Source of the DNA: Acidimicrobiia bacterium
GTDB lineage: Bacteria; Actinomycetota; Acidimicrobiia; Spongiisociales; UBA5794
DNA: 64,000 nt
Assembly (NCBI GenBank): GCA_030066755.1
Contig: JASJAX010000006.1
Location: forward strand, 10,583 to 74,582
Direction of reading: 5' to 3'
The notes beneath the pieces are model-generated. The model had not been told where the DNA came from and made no database searches. It saw nothing but the letters and a program-made list of their open reading frames with translations. Numbering within the stretch: position 1 is the first letter of the stretch; the number at the start of each line of letters is the position of its first letter. This document shows, one piece after another, positions 9,715 through 20,837 of the stretch. The translations under genes and the position numbers were made by a program.

Positions 9715-10546
9715 ACTCACACCAAAGCTCGCCCCGATGGAGCCGGTGCCCTTCGTGGTCCGGAGCATCCGCGACGAGCTATCAGACACCTTCACCCTCG
9801 AGCTCGATCCGCCCGATGGCGTGTTCGAGTTCCTCCCCGGCCAGTTCACGATGCTGTACGTGTTCGGTATCGGCGAGGTCCCGATCTCCGTATCCGGTGA
9901 TCCGGCGCAGCCGTCGACGCTCGTACAGACGATCCGTGGGGTCGGCGCCGTCACCTACGCCCTCCGCCAGGTGCGGCCCGGTGACGTCGTTGGCGTCCGC
10001 GGCCCGTTCGGTACCGAGTGGCCGCTGGCCGAGGCGGACGGACACGACATCGTCTTCGTTGCCGGTGGCATCGGGCTCGCTCCGCTCCGTCCGGCGATCT
10101 ACTCGGTGCTGGCCAACCGGCAGCGCTACGGGAAAGTCGTGCTCCTCTACGGCGCTCGTAGCCCGAGCGACATGCTCTTCACCCAGGAGCTCCTCGAATG
10201 GGGAGGCCGGTACGACGTCGACGTGTTGATCACTGTTGACAACGCAGACCGGCAGTGGCGCGGGGCGGTCGGGGTGGTCACGAAGCTCGTACGGCGGGCC
10301 CCGTTCGATCCGCATGACACTGTTGCGATGGTCTGCGGGCCAGAGGTGATGATGCGATTCAGCGCCCAGGAGCTCGAAGGCCGCGGGGTCCCCCAGCATC
10401 GGATCCACCTGTCGATGGAGCGCAACATGAAGTGCGGCATCGGCCTGTGCGGCCATTGTCAGTTTGGAGGTCGGTTCGTCTGTTGGCAGGGCCCGGTGTT
10501 CTCCTACGACGAACTCGCTCCGTTGCTCTTGGTGAAGGAGGTGTGA
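9692..10546 (+). CDS. hyhG: [NiFe]-hydrogenase group 3b gamma subunit (FAD/NAD(P)-binding, 2Fe-2S; HydG/AsrB-like)
   Basis: Collinear with Pyrococcus HydG. Matching segments are [34 protein letters not shown] and the C-terminal [15 protein letters not shown] cluster motif. An alternative start lies at about 9737. Confidence 0.85.
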   Translation: MSMATLTELTPKLAPMEPVPFVVRSIRDELSDTFTLELDPPDGVFEFLPGQFTMLYVFGIGEVPISVSGDPAQPSTLVQTIRGVGAVTYALRQVRPGDVVGVRGPFGTEWPLAEADGHDIVFVAGGIGLAPLRPAIYSVLANRQRYGKVVLLYGARSPSDMLFTQELLEWGGRYDVDVLITVDNADRQWRGAVGVVTKLVRRAPFDPHDTVAMVCGPEVMMRFSAQELEGRGVPQHRIHLSMERNMKCGIGLCGHCQFGGRFVCWQGPVFSYDELAPLLLVKEV

Positions 10547-10547
10547 G

Positions 10548-11362
10548 GTGGCACACGCCGCTGCGGTAGCAACCAAGCCCAAACTGGCCGTGTACAAGTT
10601 CGCCTCGTGCGATGGATGCCAGCTGAGTCTGCTCGACGCCGAGGATGCGCTGCTGGACGTCGCCGGCGCCGTGCACATCGCCAACTTCCTCGAGGCATCG
10701 CGCGAGGTCGTGCCGGGCCCTTACGACGTCAGCCTCGTCGAAGGCTCGATCACGACACCGCACGATGCCGAACGGATCAAGCAGGTGAGGGCGGAATCGA
10801 AGTTCCTCGTCGTCATCGGAGCGTGCGCAACGGCCGGTGGGATTCAGGCGCTGCGAAACTGGAAGGACGTCGATTCGTTCACATCGATCGTCTACGCCAA
10901 CCCGCAGTACATCGAAACCCTCCAGACGTCGACGCCGATCTCGTATCACGTCCCGGTCGACTTCGAGCTGCGCGGCTGCCCGATCAGCAAGGAACAGCTG
11001 ATCGAGGTCGTTGCGGCTTTCCTGCAAGGTCGGCGACCGAACATCCCGACCTACAGCGTCTGCGTCGAATGTAAGGCCCGGGGCACGGCCTGCGTGATGG
11101 TGGGGGCAGGGACACCCTGTCTCGGTCCGGTGACGCAGGCAGGCTGCGGAGCGCTGTGTCCCGCCTACGACCGCGGCTGCTACGGGTGCTTCGGTCCCAT
11201 GGAGAGCCCCAACACGGAGGCGTTGGAGATGTGGTGGCGGGAACTCGGCGTCTCGGACCGCGACATCGTGGATGCGTTCCGGAGCTTCAATGCCTGGGCC
11301 GAACCGTTCCGCGAGGCATCTGATCGGGTCGAAGCCCGCCTCACCGTCACGGGGGTGACCGA

Positions 11363-11366
<4 letters not shown>
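10548..11366 (+). CDS. hyhS: [NiFe]-hydrogenase small subunit (delta)
   Basis: [26 protein letters not shown] and [11 protein letters not shown] are the proximal/medial cluster Cys motifs of small subunits. The GTG start is preceded by the SD AAGGAGGTG. Confidence 0.85.
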
Positions 11367-12658
<1,292 letters not shown>

Positions 12659-12662
12659 TTGG

Positions 12663-13172
12663 GTGTGTGATGGGGAACACCGGGGTGTCGTGATCGGGAT
12701 CGGGAACCGATTCCGGAGCGACGACAGCATCGGGCTACAGGTGCTCGATGCCGTGACACCCCGGCTCCCGTCATGCGTCGATGCCCTCGAGAGCAATGGT
12801 GATGCCATCGCTCTCGTGTCGAGCTTCGAACATGCGAGCTTGGCCGTCCTCATCGACGCCGTCCGCAGCGGAGGCAAGCCGGGGACGATCTACCGATTCG
12901 ACGGGAGCACCCGTCTCCCGACGAAGTTCTTCCGTGCGGCGTCGAGCCACGTGCTCGGTCTGAGCGAAGCGTTGGAGCTTGCCCGAGCGCTCGATCGCCT
13001 CCCGCACAAGATCGCCGTGGTTGGCATCGAAGCGGGCGACGTCGCTCACGGCGAGGAACTGTCGCCGGAAGCCGCGGCCGCGTTGCCTCGTGCCGCCGAT
13101 CTCGTTGTCCGACTGATGGATTCACTTCACCCGATGGAGGTGACGACCGAAGAAGAGGTGCGACATGCATGA
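12663..13172 (+). CDS. hydrogenase maturation endopeptidase (HycI/HoxW/HybD family)
   Basis: VVIGIGNRFRSDDSIGLQV matches the GxGNxxxxDDGxG protease motif. It lies immediately downstream of the large subunit gene. Confidence 0.7.
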   Translation: MCDGEHRGVVIGIGNRFRSDDSIGLQVLDAVTPRLPSCVDALESNGDAIALVSSFEHASLAVLIDAVRSGGKPGTIYRFDGSTRLPTKFFRAASSHVLGLSEALELARALDRLPHKIAVVGIEAGDVAHGEELSPEAAAALPRAADLVVRLMDSLHPMEVTTEEEVRHA

Positions 13173-13437
13173 GCGTTCGGTAGCGACATCACTGGTTCAG
13201 CAAGCAGCGGAAATCGTCTTGCGCGCAGGTTCGGATCGTGCAGTCTCCGTTGGCGTTCGCTTCGGCGGCACCTGCGGATTGAGTGAACCTCACCTCCGTT
13301 CATCGTTCGCAGCGGCCGCTGAGGGCACCCCGATCGAGGATGCGCTCCTCGAGGTCTCGTTCTCCGAAGAGACGATCAACAGCGAGGGTGTTGACGTGAT
13401 CCTGACGCACGTGGAGCTCGCCGACCCCCCGGAGTGA
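13165..13437 (+). CDS. HypA-like N-terminal domain protein lacking zinc-finger cysteines
   Basis: Starts MHERSVATSLVQQAAEIV, which resembles the HypA MHE Ni-binding N-terminus. It is 90 aa and has no CxxC...CxxC motif. It overlaps the protease gene by 8 nt. Confidence 0.4.
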   Translation: MHERSVATSLVQQAAEIVLRAGSDRAVSVGVRFGGTCGLSEPHLRSSFAAAAEGTPIEDALLEVSFSEETINSEGVDVILTHVELADPPE

Positions 13438-13477
13438 CGGCCGGGAACCCGGCAGCCGAACCGACCGTCGTAGTTGC

Positions 13478-14341
13478 ATGAACTACCGCATGCTCCTCTC
13501 AACTGCCCTCGCCGCCGTCATCGTGGTTGCCGCTTGCGGCGACACCAGTGACGATGCCTCGCCATCGTCGACCGACTCGACCAGCCCGACCACCGCGCCC
13601 TCGGGAGGAGCGACCTCGAGCGATCTCGTCGGAACCCGGTGGATCGTCGATGGACTCACGATCGGTGGCGCCGACTATTCCCTCGTCCCCGACGCCGACC
13701 CGACGATCGAGTTCTCAGCCGACCAGCCCACCATTGGAGGCACGACGGGCTGCAACAGCTACTTCGCCGAGGTCGAGTACCTCGCAGGCGGTGAGTTGCG
13801 CATCGGTGGCGTTGGACAGACCGAAATGGCCTGCTTCCCGCAGGAGGTCATGGACCAGGAAGCCCAGTTTGGGCTGGCGATCTCGCAGGTCGAGTTCTAT
13901 GAGCTCGACGGCGACCGGCTCACCCTCGCCAGCCTCGACGGATCGGTCATCATCTCAGCGGTGAACCGGGACAGCGTCGTGATGCCCGTCGAACTCGGCG
14001 GTGTCACCTGGATCGCCGATACCCGCATCGAACGAGATGCCGCTTCGACCCTCGTCGGTGGCAACGACGTCACCCTGACCTTCGACATGGCGCGAGGCAA
14101 CATCGGAGGCAACTCGGGCTGCAACCAGTTCGGCGCAACCTTTGTGATCGACGACGACCGGATTCGTGTCGCCGATCTCGTGGGTACCGAGATCGCCTGC
14201 GAGGAGCCCGTGATGGAACAGCAACGCTTCCTCTACGACGTCCTCTTGAACGCCGACACGTTCAACATCGACGACCGGCGGTTGACGATCCTCACCGCCG
14301 ACGGCCGCGGCATCAGCCTGGTGGCATCCGACACGGAATAA
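13478..14341 (+). CDS. lipoprotein with tandem META (HslJ-like) domains
   Basis: Signal peptide plus lipobox (VVAAC), a Ser/Thr-rich linker, and two repeats each containing GTRW/GVTW and GCNSY/GCNQF motifs. Confidence 0.6.
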   Translation: MNYRMLLSTALAAVIVVAACGDTSDDASPSSTDSTSPTTAPSGGATSSDLVGTRWIVDGLTIGGADYSLVPDADPTIEFSADQPTIGGTTGCNSYFAEVEYLAGGELRIGGVGQTEMACFPQEVMDQEAQFGLAISQVEFYELDGDRLTLASLDGSVIISAVNRDSVVMPVELGGVTWIADTRIERDAASTLVGGNDVTLTFDMARGNIGGNSGCNQFGATFVIDDDRIRVADLVGTEIACEEPVMEQQRFLYDVLLNADTFNIDDRRLTILTADGRGISLVASDTE

Positions 14342-14342
14342 C

Positions 14343-14377
14343 CAGTCGTCAGTCGTCAGTCGTCAGTCGTCAGTCGT
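14343..14377. repeat. tandem heptamer (CAGTCGT)x5 filling the convergent intergenic gap
   Basis: The whole 35-nt spacer between the lipoprotein stop and the flavodoxin stop is this repeat. Confidence 0.85.
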
Positions 14378-14862
14378 CAGCCCAGCTCATCCGCGATGTT
14401 CTCGGCCCAGGCCCCGATGTCGTCCCAGTCGCGGAAGTCGCCGTACGGGGCGCCGACCACCTTCACGATGGCACGCTCGGCAAAGCTCAGATCTTCCTTG
14501 ATCAGCTTGCCGTCGAACCACGTGTGACTGCGGGCCCCGGTGTCCTCCATCAGGGCGTCGAGCTGATTGAGCGCCGACTCGTTGTCATCCTCGTCGCCGA
14601 GCGGTCCGCTGCTGAAGATCCAGACCGGGAGCGTCTGCAGGTCCGCCGAGAACCGCTCGGCGAACTCGACCGCATCCTTGCGCCAGTTGCCTGCATAGAC
14701 GGCGCTTCCCAGTACGACGGCGTCGTATCCGGTCAGGTCGGTCACCTCCGCAGGATCGACGAGTTCGATCTCGAAGCTGCGGTCGATCAGTGTTTTGGCG
14801 ATGTGCTCGGCGATGCCGTACGTGGCGCCGTGCTTGCTTCCAGCGGTGACGAGAACCTTCAT
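14377..14862 (-). CDS. flavodoxin family protein
   Basis: MKVLVTAGSKHGATYGIAEHIA...VVLGSAVYAGNW... gives a flavodoxin-like fold signature. Length is 161 aa. Confidence 0.7.
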   Translation of the reverse strand: MKVLVTAGSKHGATYGIAEHIAKTLIDRSFEIELVDPAEVTDLTGYDAVVLGSAVYAGNWRKDAVEFAERFSADLQTLPVWIFSSGPLGDEDDNESALNQLDALMEDTGARSHTWFDGKLIKEDLSFAERAIVKVVGAPYGDFRDWDDIGAWAENIADELG

Positions 14863-15006
14863 GAGCGTCCCCCGGGTCGTGTTGATCGAGCGGATTCGTA
14901 CCCGCCATCAGCCTGCGACCGACCGGCGAGCGGTTCCATGGGTCAAACTGCCCGACTTTCGGGACGGGCGTCTCGCCATGGCCGTGGGGGTGGCAGAATC
15001 CACGCC

Positions 15007-15558
15007 ATGACACACCGCACCTCTGCCGAACTGGACGCCGGCCTCGCCACCATCAGGGAGTCGCCCTCGGACCTGGGCTCGTTGCGCATGATCGTGCGCC
15101 GGCCCGAGGTGGATGCACGTGAGGTCCTCGAGGTGGGGGAGCTGTCCTTCGCCGAAGGATTGGTGGGCGACTCGTGGAAAGACCGGGGCAGTCGGCGCAC
15201 TGAGGATGGCTCGTCGCATCCCGACATGCAGCTGAATGTGATCAACACCCGCCTTGTCGACCTGCTTGCCGGGTCGGAGGAGCGCTGGCCGCTCGCAGGG
15301 GATCAGCTGTACCTCGATCTGGACCTCAGCCATCAGAATCTGCCGGCGGGCACCAGGCTCGCCATCGGTGAGGCGGTGATCGAGGTCACCGAGCAACCCC
15401 ACAACGGGTGTGGGAAGTTCTCGTCACGCTACGGACTGGACGCGCTTCGATTCGTGAACTCCGAGGTCGGCAAGACGCTGCGGCTCCGCGGGCTCAACGC
15501 CAGGGTCGTCGTCGAAGGAGCGATTCGGCGAGGCGACGAGGTGCGGAAGCTGGACTAG
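15007..15558 (+). CDS. MOSC domain-containing protein
   Basis: 183 aa. MOSC-type beta-barrel signature with a conserved Cys (EQPHNGCGKF). Confidence 0.65.
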   Translation: MTHRTSAELDAGLATIRESPSDLGSLRMIVRRPEVDAREVLEVGELSFAEGLVGDSWKDRGSRRTEDGSSHPDMQLNVINTRLVDLLAGSEERWPLAGDQLYLDLDLSHQNLPAGTRLAIGEAVIEVTEQPHNGCGKFSSRYGLDALRFVNSEVGKTLRLRGLNARVVVEGAIRRGDEVRKLD

Positions 15559-15567
15559 GTCGGGTCG

Positions 15568-15609
15568 CAGGTCTCAGGTCTCAGGTCTCAGGTCTCAGCC
15601 CTCAGGTCC
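15568..15609. repeat. tandem heptamer (CAGGTCT)x4 plus 2 degenerate units
   Basis: cag gtctcag gtctcag gtctcag gtctcag ccctcag gtccc, between convergent genes. Confidence 0.85.
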
Positions 15610-15619
15610 CTTGGGAGTC

Positions 15620-16471
15620 TCACCACTCGGAGGCTTCAGGAGGCGGAGGCTGTGGGTCGGGGTGCATTCCGGCGAGGTCCTCGTCGAACACGATGTCGCT
15701 GGTGTCGCCGTCCAACGTGCGGATCTGGAGGTGGCCGTCGATGGTGGCTGCGAGAAGCCGACCCTTGTGGTCCCAGTCTGCCCACTGTGCATCGAGCACG
15801 GTCAGGTCGGCCCCGTCGGAGAGCGCATACTCCGCCGGTTCGTACCAATCGGGCGACGAGCGGTGCCCGGCGTAACCACCGGTGACGACAAGCGTCAGAC
15901 TGCCGCCCGGCTGCGGCTTCTCCATCGTCACGCCATCACCTTCGTCCCATGGCCCGCGCTGTTCGCGGGGGACGGTGTCTGCCGACTCGACCCAGCCGCG
16001 CCGCCGTTCGACCGCAAACTGCGCCGGGGCAACGAGATCCAGACCGTATCGGGCGAGCAGGGGTGCGGCGTCGCCGACATCGGGAGCACCCAACGCCGAC
16101 TCACCGGCGGCGGTAGTGAAGTGCACGCCCCTCGTGTAGGTCGTGCCGGCGTTCCAGGCCGCAAGCGCCGTCAGCCACGGGAGTCGTGAGACCGCTTCGT
16201 AGATCGTGCCGGCCGCCCAGTCGCCGTGCTTCATCGCTGAGTACACGAACCAACGACCGTCCGGCGACAGATCGCACTTCTGCGGGGAGATCGTGCCATG
16301 GAGCCACGAACCCGACTCGTACCGGTCGTGCTCGACGTCCCAGCGCCCGACGTGGCACCAGTCGGTCGGCCCGCGTCTGATCACGGCGACGACGGGAGCG
16401 TCAGCGGCGGGGATGCCGAACAGTCTCGGTGCGGGGATGTCCACGCCGCAGAGCGTACCGGCTGGGTGCAT
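15620..16471 (-). CDS. hypothetical protein
   Basis: Long ORF with coding-like GC3 and no recognisable motif. Confidence 0.4.
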   Translation of the reverse strand: MHPAGTLCGVDIPAPRLFGIPAADAPVVAVIRRGPTDWCHVGRWDVEHDRYESGSWLHGTISPQKCDLSPDGRWFVYSAMKHGDWAAGTIYEAVSRLPWLTALAAWNAGTTYTRGVHFTTAAGESALGAPDVGDAAPLLARYGLDLVAPAQFAVERRRGWVESADTVPREQRGPWDEGDGVTMEKPQPGGSLTLVVTGGYAGHRSSPDWYEPAEYALSDGADLTVLDAQWADWDHKGRLLAATIDGHLQIRTLDGDTSDIVFDEDLAGMHPDPQPPPPEASEW

Positions 16472-16499
16472 CCGCTCCGGTCGGCCAGAATGGCCGACG

Positions 16500-16886
16500 A
16501 TGGATCGGACCGTTCTGCCCTTCGAGCAACAGGTGACGTTCGTCAGCGTGTCTGATCTGGAACGTTCGACCTCGTTCTACCGCGACGTCCTCGGCTTGCC
16601 GTTGGCGCTGGATCAGGGCGACTGCCGCATCTTCGAGGTGACCCCGACCGCGTTCGTCGGGGTGTGCGTGCGGGCGGATGCGGTGAGCCCGGAGGGTGTG
16701 ATCGTCACGCTCGTCACCGACGACGTCGATGGCTGGCATGACCACCTGATGGCTGCCGGCGTGCGGTGTGAACGACCGCCCAACCACAACGAGAAGTACG
16801 ACCTCTACCAGGCGTTCTATCGAGACCCCGATGGATACCTCATCGAGATCCAACGTTTCCTCGACCCAGCATGGCGCACGCCATGA
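16500..16886 (+). CDS. VOC (glyoxalase/bleomycin resistance) family protein
   Basis: About 128 aa. Pattern FVSVSDLERSTSFYRDVLGLP...DPDGYLIEI. Confidence 0.6.
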   Translation: MDRTVLPFEQQVTFVSVSDLERSTSFYRDVLGLPLALDQGDCRIFEVTPTAFVGVCVRADAVSPEGVIVTLVTDDVDGWHDHLMAAGVRCERPPNHNEKYDLYQAFYRDPDGYLIEIQRFLDPAWRTP

Positions 16887-17182
16887 CGGTGATCGAGCGC
16901 GACGATTGGGATGACATCACCCGAGCGTTTGCAGCCTTCTTCGCCGGGCTCGGCGACGTGCACGTCGACGGAGAACAGGCGGCCTTCACTGCGGAGGCCG
17001 CCGGAACGGGCCTCGAGCTGAACCGTGATGGCACATCCCGATCCTTCATGCCCCTCCACGGCCTCAATCTGCGTTGGAACTCCGTCAGCTTCGACACCCA
17101 GGCAATGGAAGTAACCCTCTCCGCAGCGGGAGCCGAGTACACCTACCGAGTACCGCCAAGCCTCATTGGGTCAGAGACCTGA
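16871..17182 (+). CDS. hypothetical small protein
   Basis: 103-aa ORF overlapping the preceding gene by 16 nt. No motif found, so confidence is low. Confidence 0.2.
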   Translation: MAHAMTVIERDDWDDITRAFAAFFAGLGDVHVDGEQAAFTAEAAGTGLELNRDGTSRSFMPLHGLNLRWNSVSFDTQAMEVTLSAAGAEYTYRVPPSLIGSET

Positions 17183-17215
17183 GGCCACGGCGGAGCCGTC
17201 CCAGCGAGCTGCGAG

Positions 17216-18127
17216 TCAGCCCAGTGATTCGGGCGGCAGGATCCCGATCAAAGCGCCGCGGCGGTCGACGACCGGGACGGGTCCGTGCTCGTAGAAATCG
17301 GCCAGCCCGCCGAGCGAATCGAGATCGTCCTCGGTGACGACATAGGGTGGGGTCTCGAGTACGTCACCGACCTCGCGTTCGGGATCGAGGGACTCGAGCG
17401 TCGACCGGCGCACGATGCCGACCAACCGACCGGCGTCGGTGACCGGCGCTGTTGGCGTGCTTGTGAGCCGGAGCGCGTCCTCGGCTCGTGTGTGGAGGCC
17501 GATCGCCATTGCCTCGACGAGGTGTTGGAAGACGCGCCTTGGTGCGTCGCGAACGACGATCGCGCCGGCCGGAGAGTGGGCGCGCAGTCTCGCTCCCGGG
17601 CCAAGGAGCTGACGTGCGAGCCAGGACCCGCCGGGGGCGCCCAGCACGATGAGCGTCCCGTCTGCCAGCCCCGACACGAAATCGGCCGCGGCGGATGCCT
17701 CCACCACGTCGCCTGCAAGGCCGGTCCGCGCACGGACCTCAGTGAGTCGCGCTCGGGCAGGCCCGCGTGGAGCTCCCGGCCGGACCGTGGTCAGTGCCCC
17801 CGCCGGGACATCGAGCGCGGCGGCAACGCGGACGGTGATCGCAGCGGCAAGATCGGAATTCGGCCCGGTCGAGATGGCTGCGATCACCTCGCTGACGCCC
17901 GCCAGATCGACCTTGGACGGAACGGCCACGGGTACGAGGTCGAACGTCCCGAGAGATCGCATCACGGCCAGGTCTGCCCGCCGGTCGATACACGCCTTCG
18001 CCGGGTTCGCTTCGACCTGGTGGGCTGACTCCGTCGCAAGCAGCTCGGCGAGCTCTGAGCACCCTGGTCCTCGCGACCAAACAACGCAGCGGGGGAATGT
18101 GGCAGGATCGCGAGCGCGCTCGATCAT
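17216..18127 (-). CDS. Usp-like / CBS-pair domain protein
   Basis: The C-terminus carries CBS-like repeats (GIVRRSTLESL..., PVPVVDRRGALIGILP). The central region is UspA-like (GTLIVLGAPGGSWLARQLLG...AIVVRD). The start is set at MIERARD, because the long ORF's N-terminus runs through a heptamer repeat. Confidence 0.45.
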   Translation of the reverse strand: MIERARDPATFPRCVVWSRGPGCSELAELLATESAHQVEANPAKACIDRRADLAVMRSLGTFDLVPVAVPSKVDLAGVSEVIAAISTGPNSDLAAAITVRVAAALDVPAGALTTVRPGAPRGPARARLTEVRARTGLAGDVVEASAAADFVSGLADGTLIVLGAPGGSWLARQLLGPGARLRAHSPAGAIVVRDAPRRVFQHLVEAMAIGLHTRAEDALRLTSTPTAPVTDAGRLVGIVRRSTLESLDPEREVGDVLETPPYVVTEDDLDSLGGLADFYEHGPVPVVDRRGALIGILPPESLG

Positions 18128-18207
18128 TGGTTGTTGCGACTGTACTCGGAGCCCGCCGTTGTCGGCGTCGGCCAGACGGTTCGCTTCGCCGGCCACCGTC
18201 TCGCCGT

Positions 18208-18242
18208 GGCGACTGGCGACTGGCGGCTGGCGACTGGCGACT
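18208..18242. repeat. tandem heptamer (GGCGACT)x5, reverse complement of the CGCCAGT family
   Basis: Immediately 3' of the copA terminator hairpin GGCACC-GAA-GGTGCC (18243-18257). Confidence 0.85.
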
Positions 18243-18257
18243 GGCACCGAAGGTGCC
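18243..18257 (-). terminator. hairpin immediately downstream of copA stop
   Basis: GGCACC-GAA-GGTGCC abuts the stop codon (18258-18260 on +). There is no T-tract. Confidence 0.5.
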
Positions 18258-20414
18258 CTATTCGGCCCTCCTGAGCCGCAGTGAGTTCGTCACCACCGAC
18301 ACCGAGGAGAATGCCATCGCCGCGGCAGCAATCATCGGATTGAGCAGGCCGGCTGCAGCCAGCGGAATGGCCGCCGTGTTGTAGAAGAACGCCCAGAAGA
18401 GGTTCTGGCGGATCGTCCCGAAGGTGCGCTTGGCGAGCCGGAGTGCCGTTGCCGCGAGCGCCGGGTCACCCGACATCAAAACGATGTCGCCAGCTTCGAT
18501 GGCCACATCCGTGCCGGTTCCGACCGCCATGCCGAGATCTGCCTGGGTGAGGGCCGGAGCGTCATTGATGCCGTCGCCGACGAAGCCGACGATCTTGCCC
18601 TCGCCCTGCAGGCGCTGCACCTCGGCGCTCTTGTCGCCCGGCATCACCTCGGCGAGCACGTGTGCAATGCCGACCTGCTCGGCGATGGCGTCGGCGGTAC
18701 GACGATTGTCACCGGTCAGCATGACCGTGCCGGTGCCGGCCTCGTGCAGCGTCGCGATCGTGTCGGCGGAGCTGGGTCGCACGGTGTCGGCTACGGCGAG
18801 AACCCCACGGACCTCGCCGTCCCAACCTGCCAGAAACGCCGTCTTGCCTTCTCGCTCGAAGCGGTCCAGGGAGTCGAGATAGCGATCGGAGATCTGAAGC
18901 CCACGGTCGGCCATCAGCTTCGGCTTGCCCACCGTGACCTCAGTTCCTTCGACTCGGCCGACCACCCCGCGGCCGGAGACGGCCTCGACTTCGTTGACCG
19001 CTACGAGGTCGATGTCCCGCTCCTCGACGCCGAGGGCCACGCCCTTGCCGATCGGATGCTCACTGGCGGCTTCGACCGAGCCGACCAATCGCAGGAACTC
19101 ATCGACATCTCCGGTCGTATCGACATCGCTGAGCGTCATCGCCCCGCGGGTCAACGTCCCCGTCTTGTCGAAAACAACGGTGTCGATGGTGCGAGCTCGC
19201 TCGAAGACCTCGGCGCCCTTGAACAACACGCCCAACTCGGCGCCGCGGCCACTGCCGACCATGATCGCCGTAGGTGTAGCGAGACCGAGCGCACACGGGC
19301 AGGCAATGATCAGCACGGCGACCGAGTTGCGAACGGCTGTGGAGATCTCACCGCTGCCGACCAGCCACCCGATGAACACCACGATGGCGATTGCGATCAC
19401 GATCGGGACGAAGACACCGGCGACCCGATCGGCAAGGCGCTGGACGGGAGCCTTCGTTGCCTGAGCGTCCTCGACGAGGCGGACGATCTGCGCCAAAGCG
19501 GTGTTGGGTCCGACATGGGTGACCTCGATCTCGAGGCGGCCCTGCTGATTCACAGTGGCGCCATACACCGTGTCGCCGACCTCGTGGTCCACCGGGATGG
19601 ACTCTCCGGTGAGCATGGACTCGTCGACGGAGCTGCGGCCGGCGGTGATGACGCCATCGACAGGGACCTTCTCGCCCGGGAGAACGACGACGGTGTCCCC
19701 GGGGGCCAGCTCGAGCGGATCCACCATCTCGGCCTCGCCGTTACGGATGACCCGGGCTTCCTTGGCGCCGAGTTCGGCCAGCTTGGCGATGGCCTGACTG
19801 GCCTGCCCCTTCGCCCGGGCCTCGAAGAATCTCCCCAACAGGATGAGCGTGATGATCATGCCGGCCGTCTCGAAGAACACCGGCTCGCCGGTGAACAGCG
19901 CCCACACCGAGTAGAAGTAGGCGGCGAGTGACCCAACCGAGATCAGCGTGTCCATCGTTGCGTCGAGTCCACGCAATCGTTTGAAGGCGATGCGGTGGAA
20001 CTGTGCGCCGAAGACGAACACCACCGGTGTGGCGAGGATCAGTTGAGCGATGCGGTTGGCGTCGGACTTGGCCACGAGCATCGCAAGGATCATCAACGGG
20101 GCCGTGAACAGGGCGGCCAAGAGGACGTTTCGGCGCTGGAATCGCACCTCCTCGGCGTACCGCTCGACGGGGGTCACCCGCTCCTCGCCGGGAGCAAGGG
20201 GAGTGATTGCGTATCCGATCCGGTCGATCGCTGCCTGGAGGCCGGCGATCTCGGTGCCGGCGGCAACCGTCGCCCGCGCTTCCTGCCCGGCGAAGTTCAC
20301 AACCGCAGACTCGACACCGTCCTGACGCGACAGGATCCGCTCGATCCGCAGCGCACACGACGCACACGTCATCCCCTCGACGTCAAAGGTGACTCGTTCG
20401 GTGCTGTCAGTCAT
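18258..20414 (-). CDS. copA: copper-translocating P-type ATPase
   Basis: N-terminal HMA domain GMTCASC, a CPC transmembrane motif, DKTGTLT phosphorylation site, and GDGINDAP hinge. Confidence 0.9.
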   Translation of the reverse strand: MTDSTERVTFDVEGMTCASCALRIERILSRQDGVESAVVNFAGQEARATVAAGTEIAGLQAAIDRIGYAITPLAPGEERVTPVERYAEEVRFQRRNVLLAALFTAPLMILAMLVAKSDANRIAQLILATPVVFVFGAQFHRIAFKRLRGLDATMDTLISVGSLAAYFYSVWALFTGEPVFFETAGMIITLILLGRFFEARAKGQASQAIAKLAELGAKEARVIRNGEAEMVDPLELAPGDTVVVLPGEKVPVDGVITAGRSSVDESMLTGESIPVDHEVGDTVYGATVNQQGRLEIEVTHVGPNTALAQIVRLVEDAQATKAPVQRLADRVAGVFVPIVIAIAIVVFIGWLVGSGEISTAVRNSVAVLIIACPCALGLATPTAIMVGSGRGAELGVLFKGAEVFERARTIDTVVFDKTGTLTRGAMTLSDVDTTGDVDEFLRLVGSVEAASEHPIGKGVALGVEERDIDLVAVNEVEAVSGRGVVGRVEGTEVTVGKPKLMADRGLQISDRYLDSLDRFEREGKTAFLAGWDGEVRGVLAVADTVRPSSADTIATLHEAGTGTVMLTGDNRRTADAIAEQVGIAHVLAEVMPGDKSAEVQRLQGEGKIVGFVGDGINDAPALTQADLGMAVGTGTDVAIEAGDIVLMSGDPALAATALRLAKRTFGTIRQNLFWAFFYNTAAIPLAAAGLLNPMIAAAAMAFSSVSVVTNSLRLRRAE

Positions 20415-20473
20415 CTACGTGCCTTCGGTTCGCGCTGCGGGCTGGCCTCGAGGACGCTCGGCTACGCCTCGCT

Positions 20474-20528
20474 TCGAGCCACGAGCCCCGAGAGGGGAGA
20501 CTCGTGGCTCGAGTCTCGTGGCTCGGGG
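20474..20528 (-). promoter_or_regulatory. structured copZ-copA intercistronic element with three copies of an 11-mer (CGAGCCACGAG / CTCGTGGCTCG)
   Basis: cgagccacgag-ccccgagagggg-agact-ctcgtggctcg-agt-ctcgtggctcg-ggg. Copy 1 can pair with either copy 2 or copy 3, and the inner CCCC-GAGA-GGGG hairpin lies between them. Confidence 0.5.
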
Positions 20529-20738
20529 CTATCCCGCCACCTCGTAGCCCACACCTTCGATCGCGTCGACGATGGCGGCCTGGTCGACGGTGGCGTCGTC
20601 GAATGCGACATCGACGGTGCGGGCGTCGATCGTGACCTCCACCTTGTCGACGCCGGCGAGCTCTCCCACGGCACCTTCGATCGAGGTCTTGCAGTGGCCG
20701 CACGAGATGTCGGGCACGTTCAGGGTGAGGTTGCTCAT
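20529..20738 (-). CDS. copZ: copper chaperone (heavy-metal-associated domain)
   Basis: 69 aa, with MSNLTLNVPDISCGHCKTSIEGAV (MxCxxC). Confidence 0.85.
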   Translation of the reverse strand: MSNLTLNVPDISCGHCKTSIEGAVGELAGVDKVEVTIDARTVDVAFDDATVDQAAIVDAIEGVGYEVAG

Positions 20739-20806
20739 GTGGGGATCTCCTGCTGGTTCGGTGGGGTCGAGAGGGGTGGGCCTCGAAGTGTAGGGAGGCG
20801 GCGGAG

Positions 20807-20834
20807 CTTGGGACTTGGGACTTGAGACCTGAGA
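20807..20834. repeat. tandem heptamers (CTTGGGA)x2 (CTTGAGA)(CCTGAGA)
   Basis: In the divergent copZ / radical-SAM region. Confidence 0.7.
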
Positions 20835-20837
20835 CCC

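Noticed and set aside
8048-9954. Minus-strand ORFs 8048..9217 and 8863..9954 (389 and 363 aa)
   Set aside because: Antisense shadow ORFs of the hydrogenase beta and cNMP/gamma genes, as is typical in high-GC DNA. They have no motifs, and the sense strand carries unmistakable hydrogenase signatures.
20739-20837. CsoR/CopY-type copper operator upstream of copZ
   Set aside because: No copper regulator gene is adjacent. The region is dominated by the heptamer repeat family rather than a recognisable CsoR dyad.
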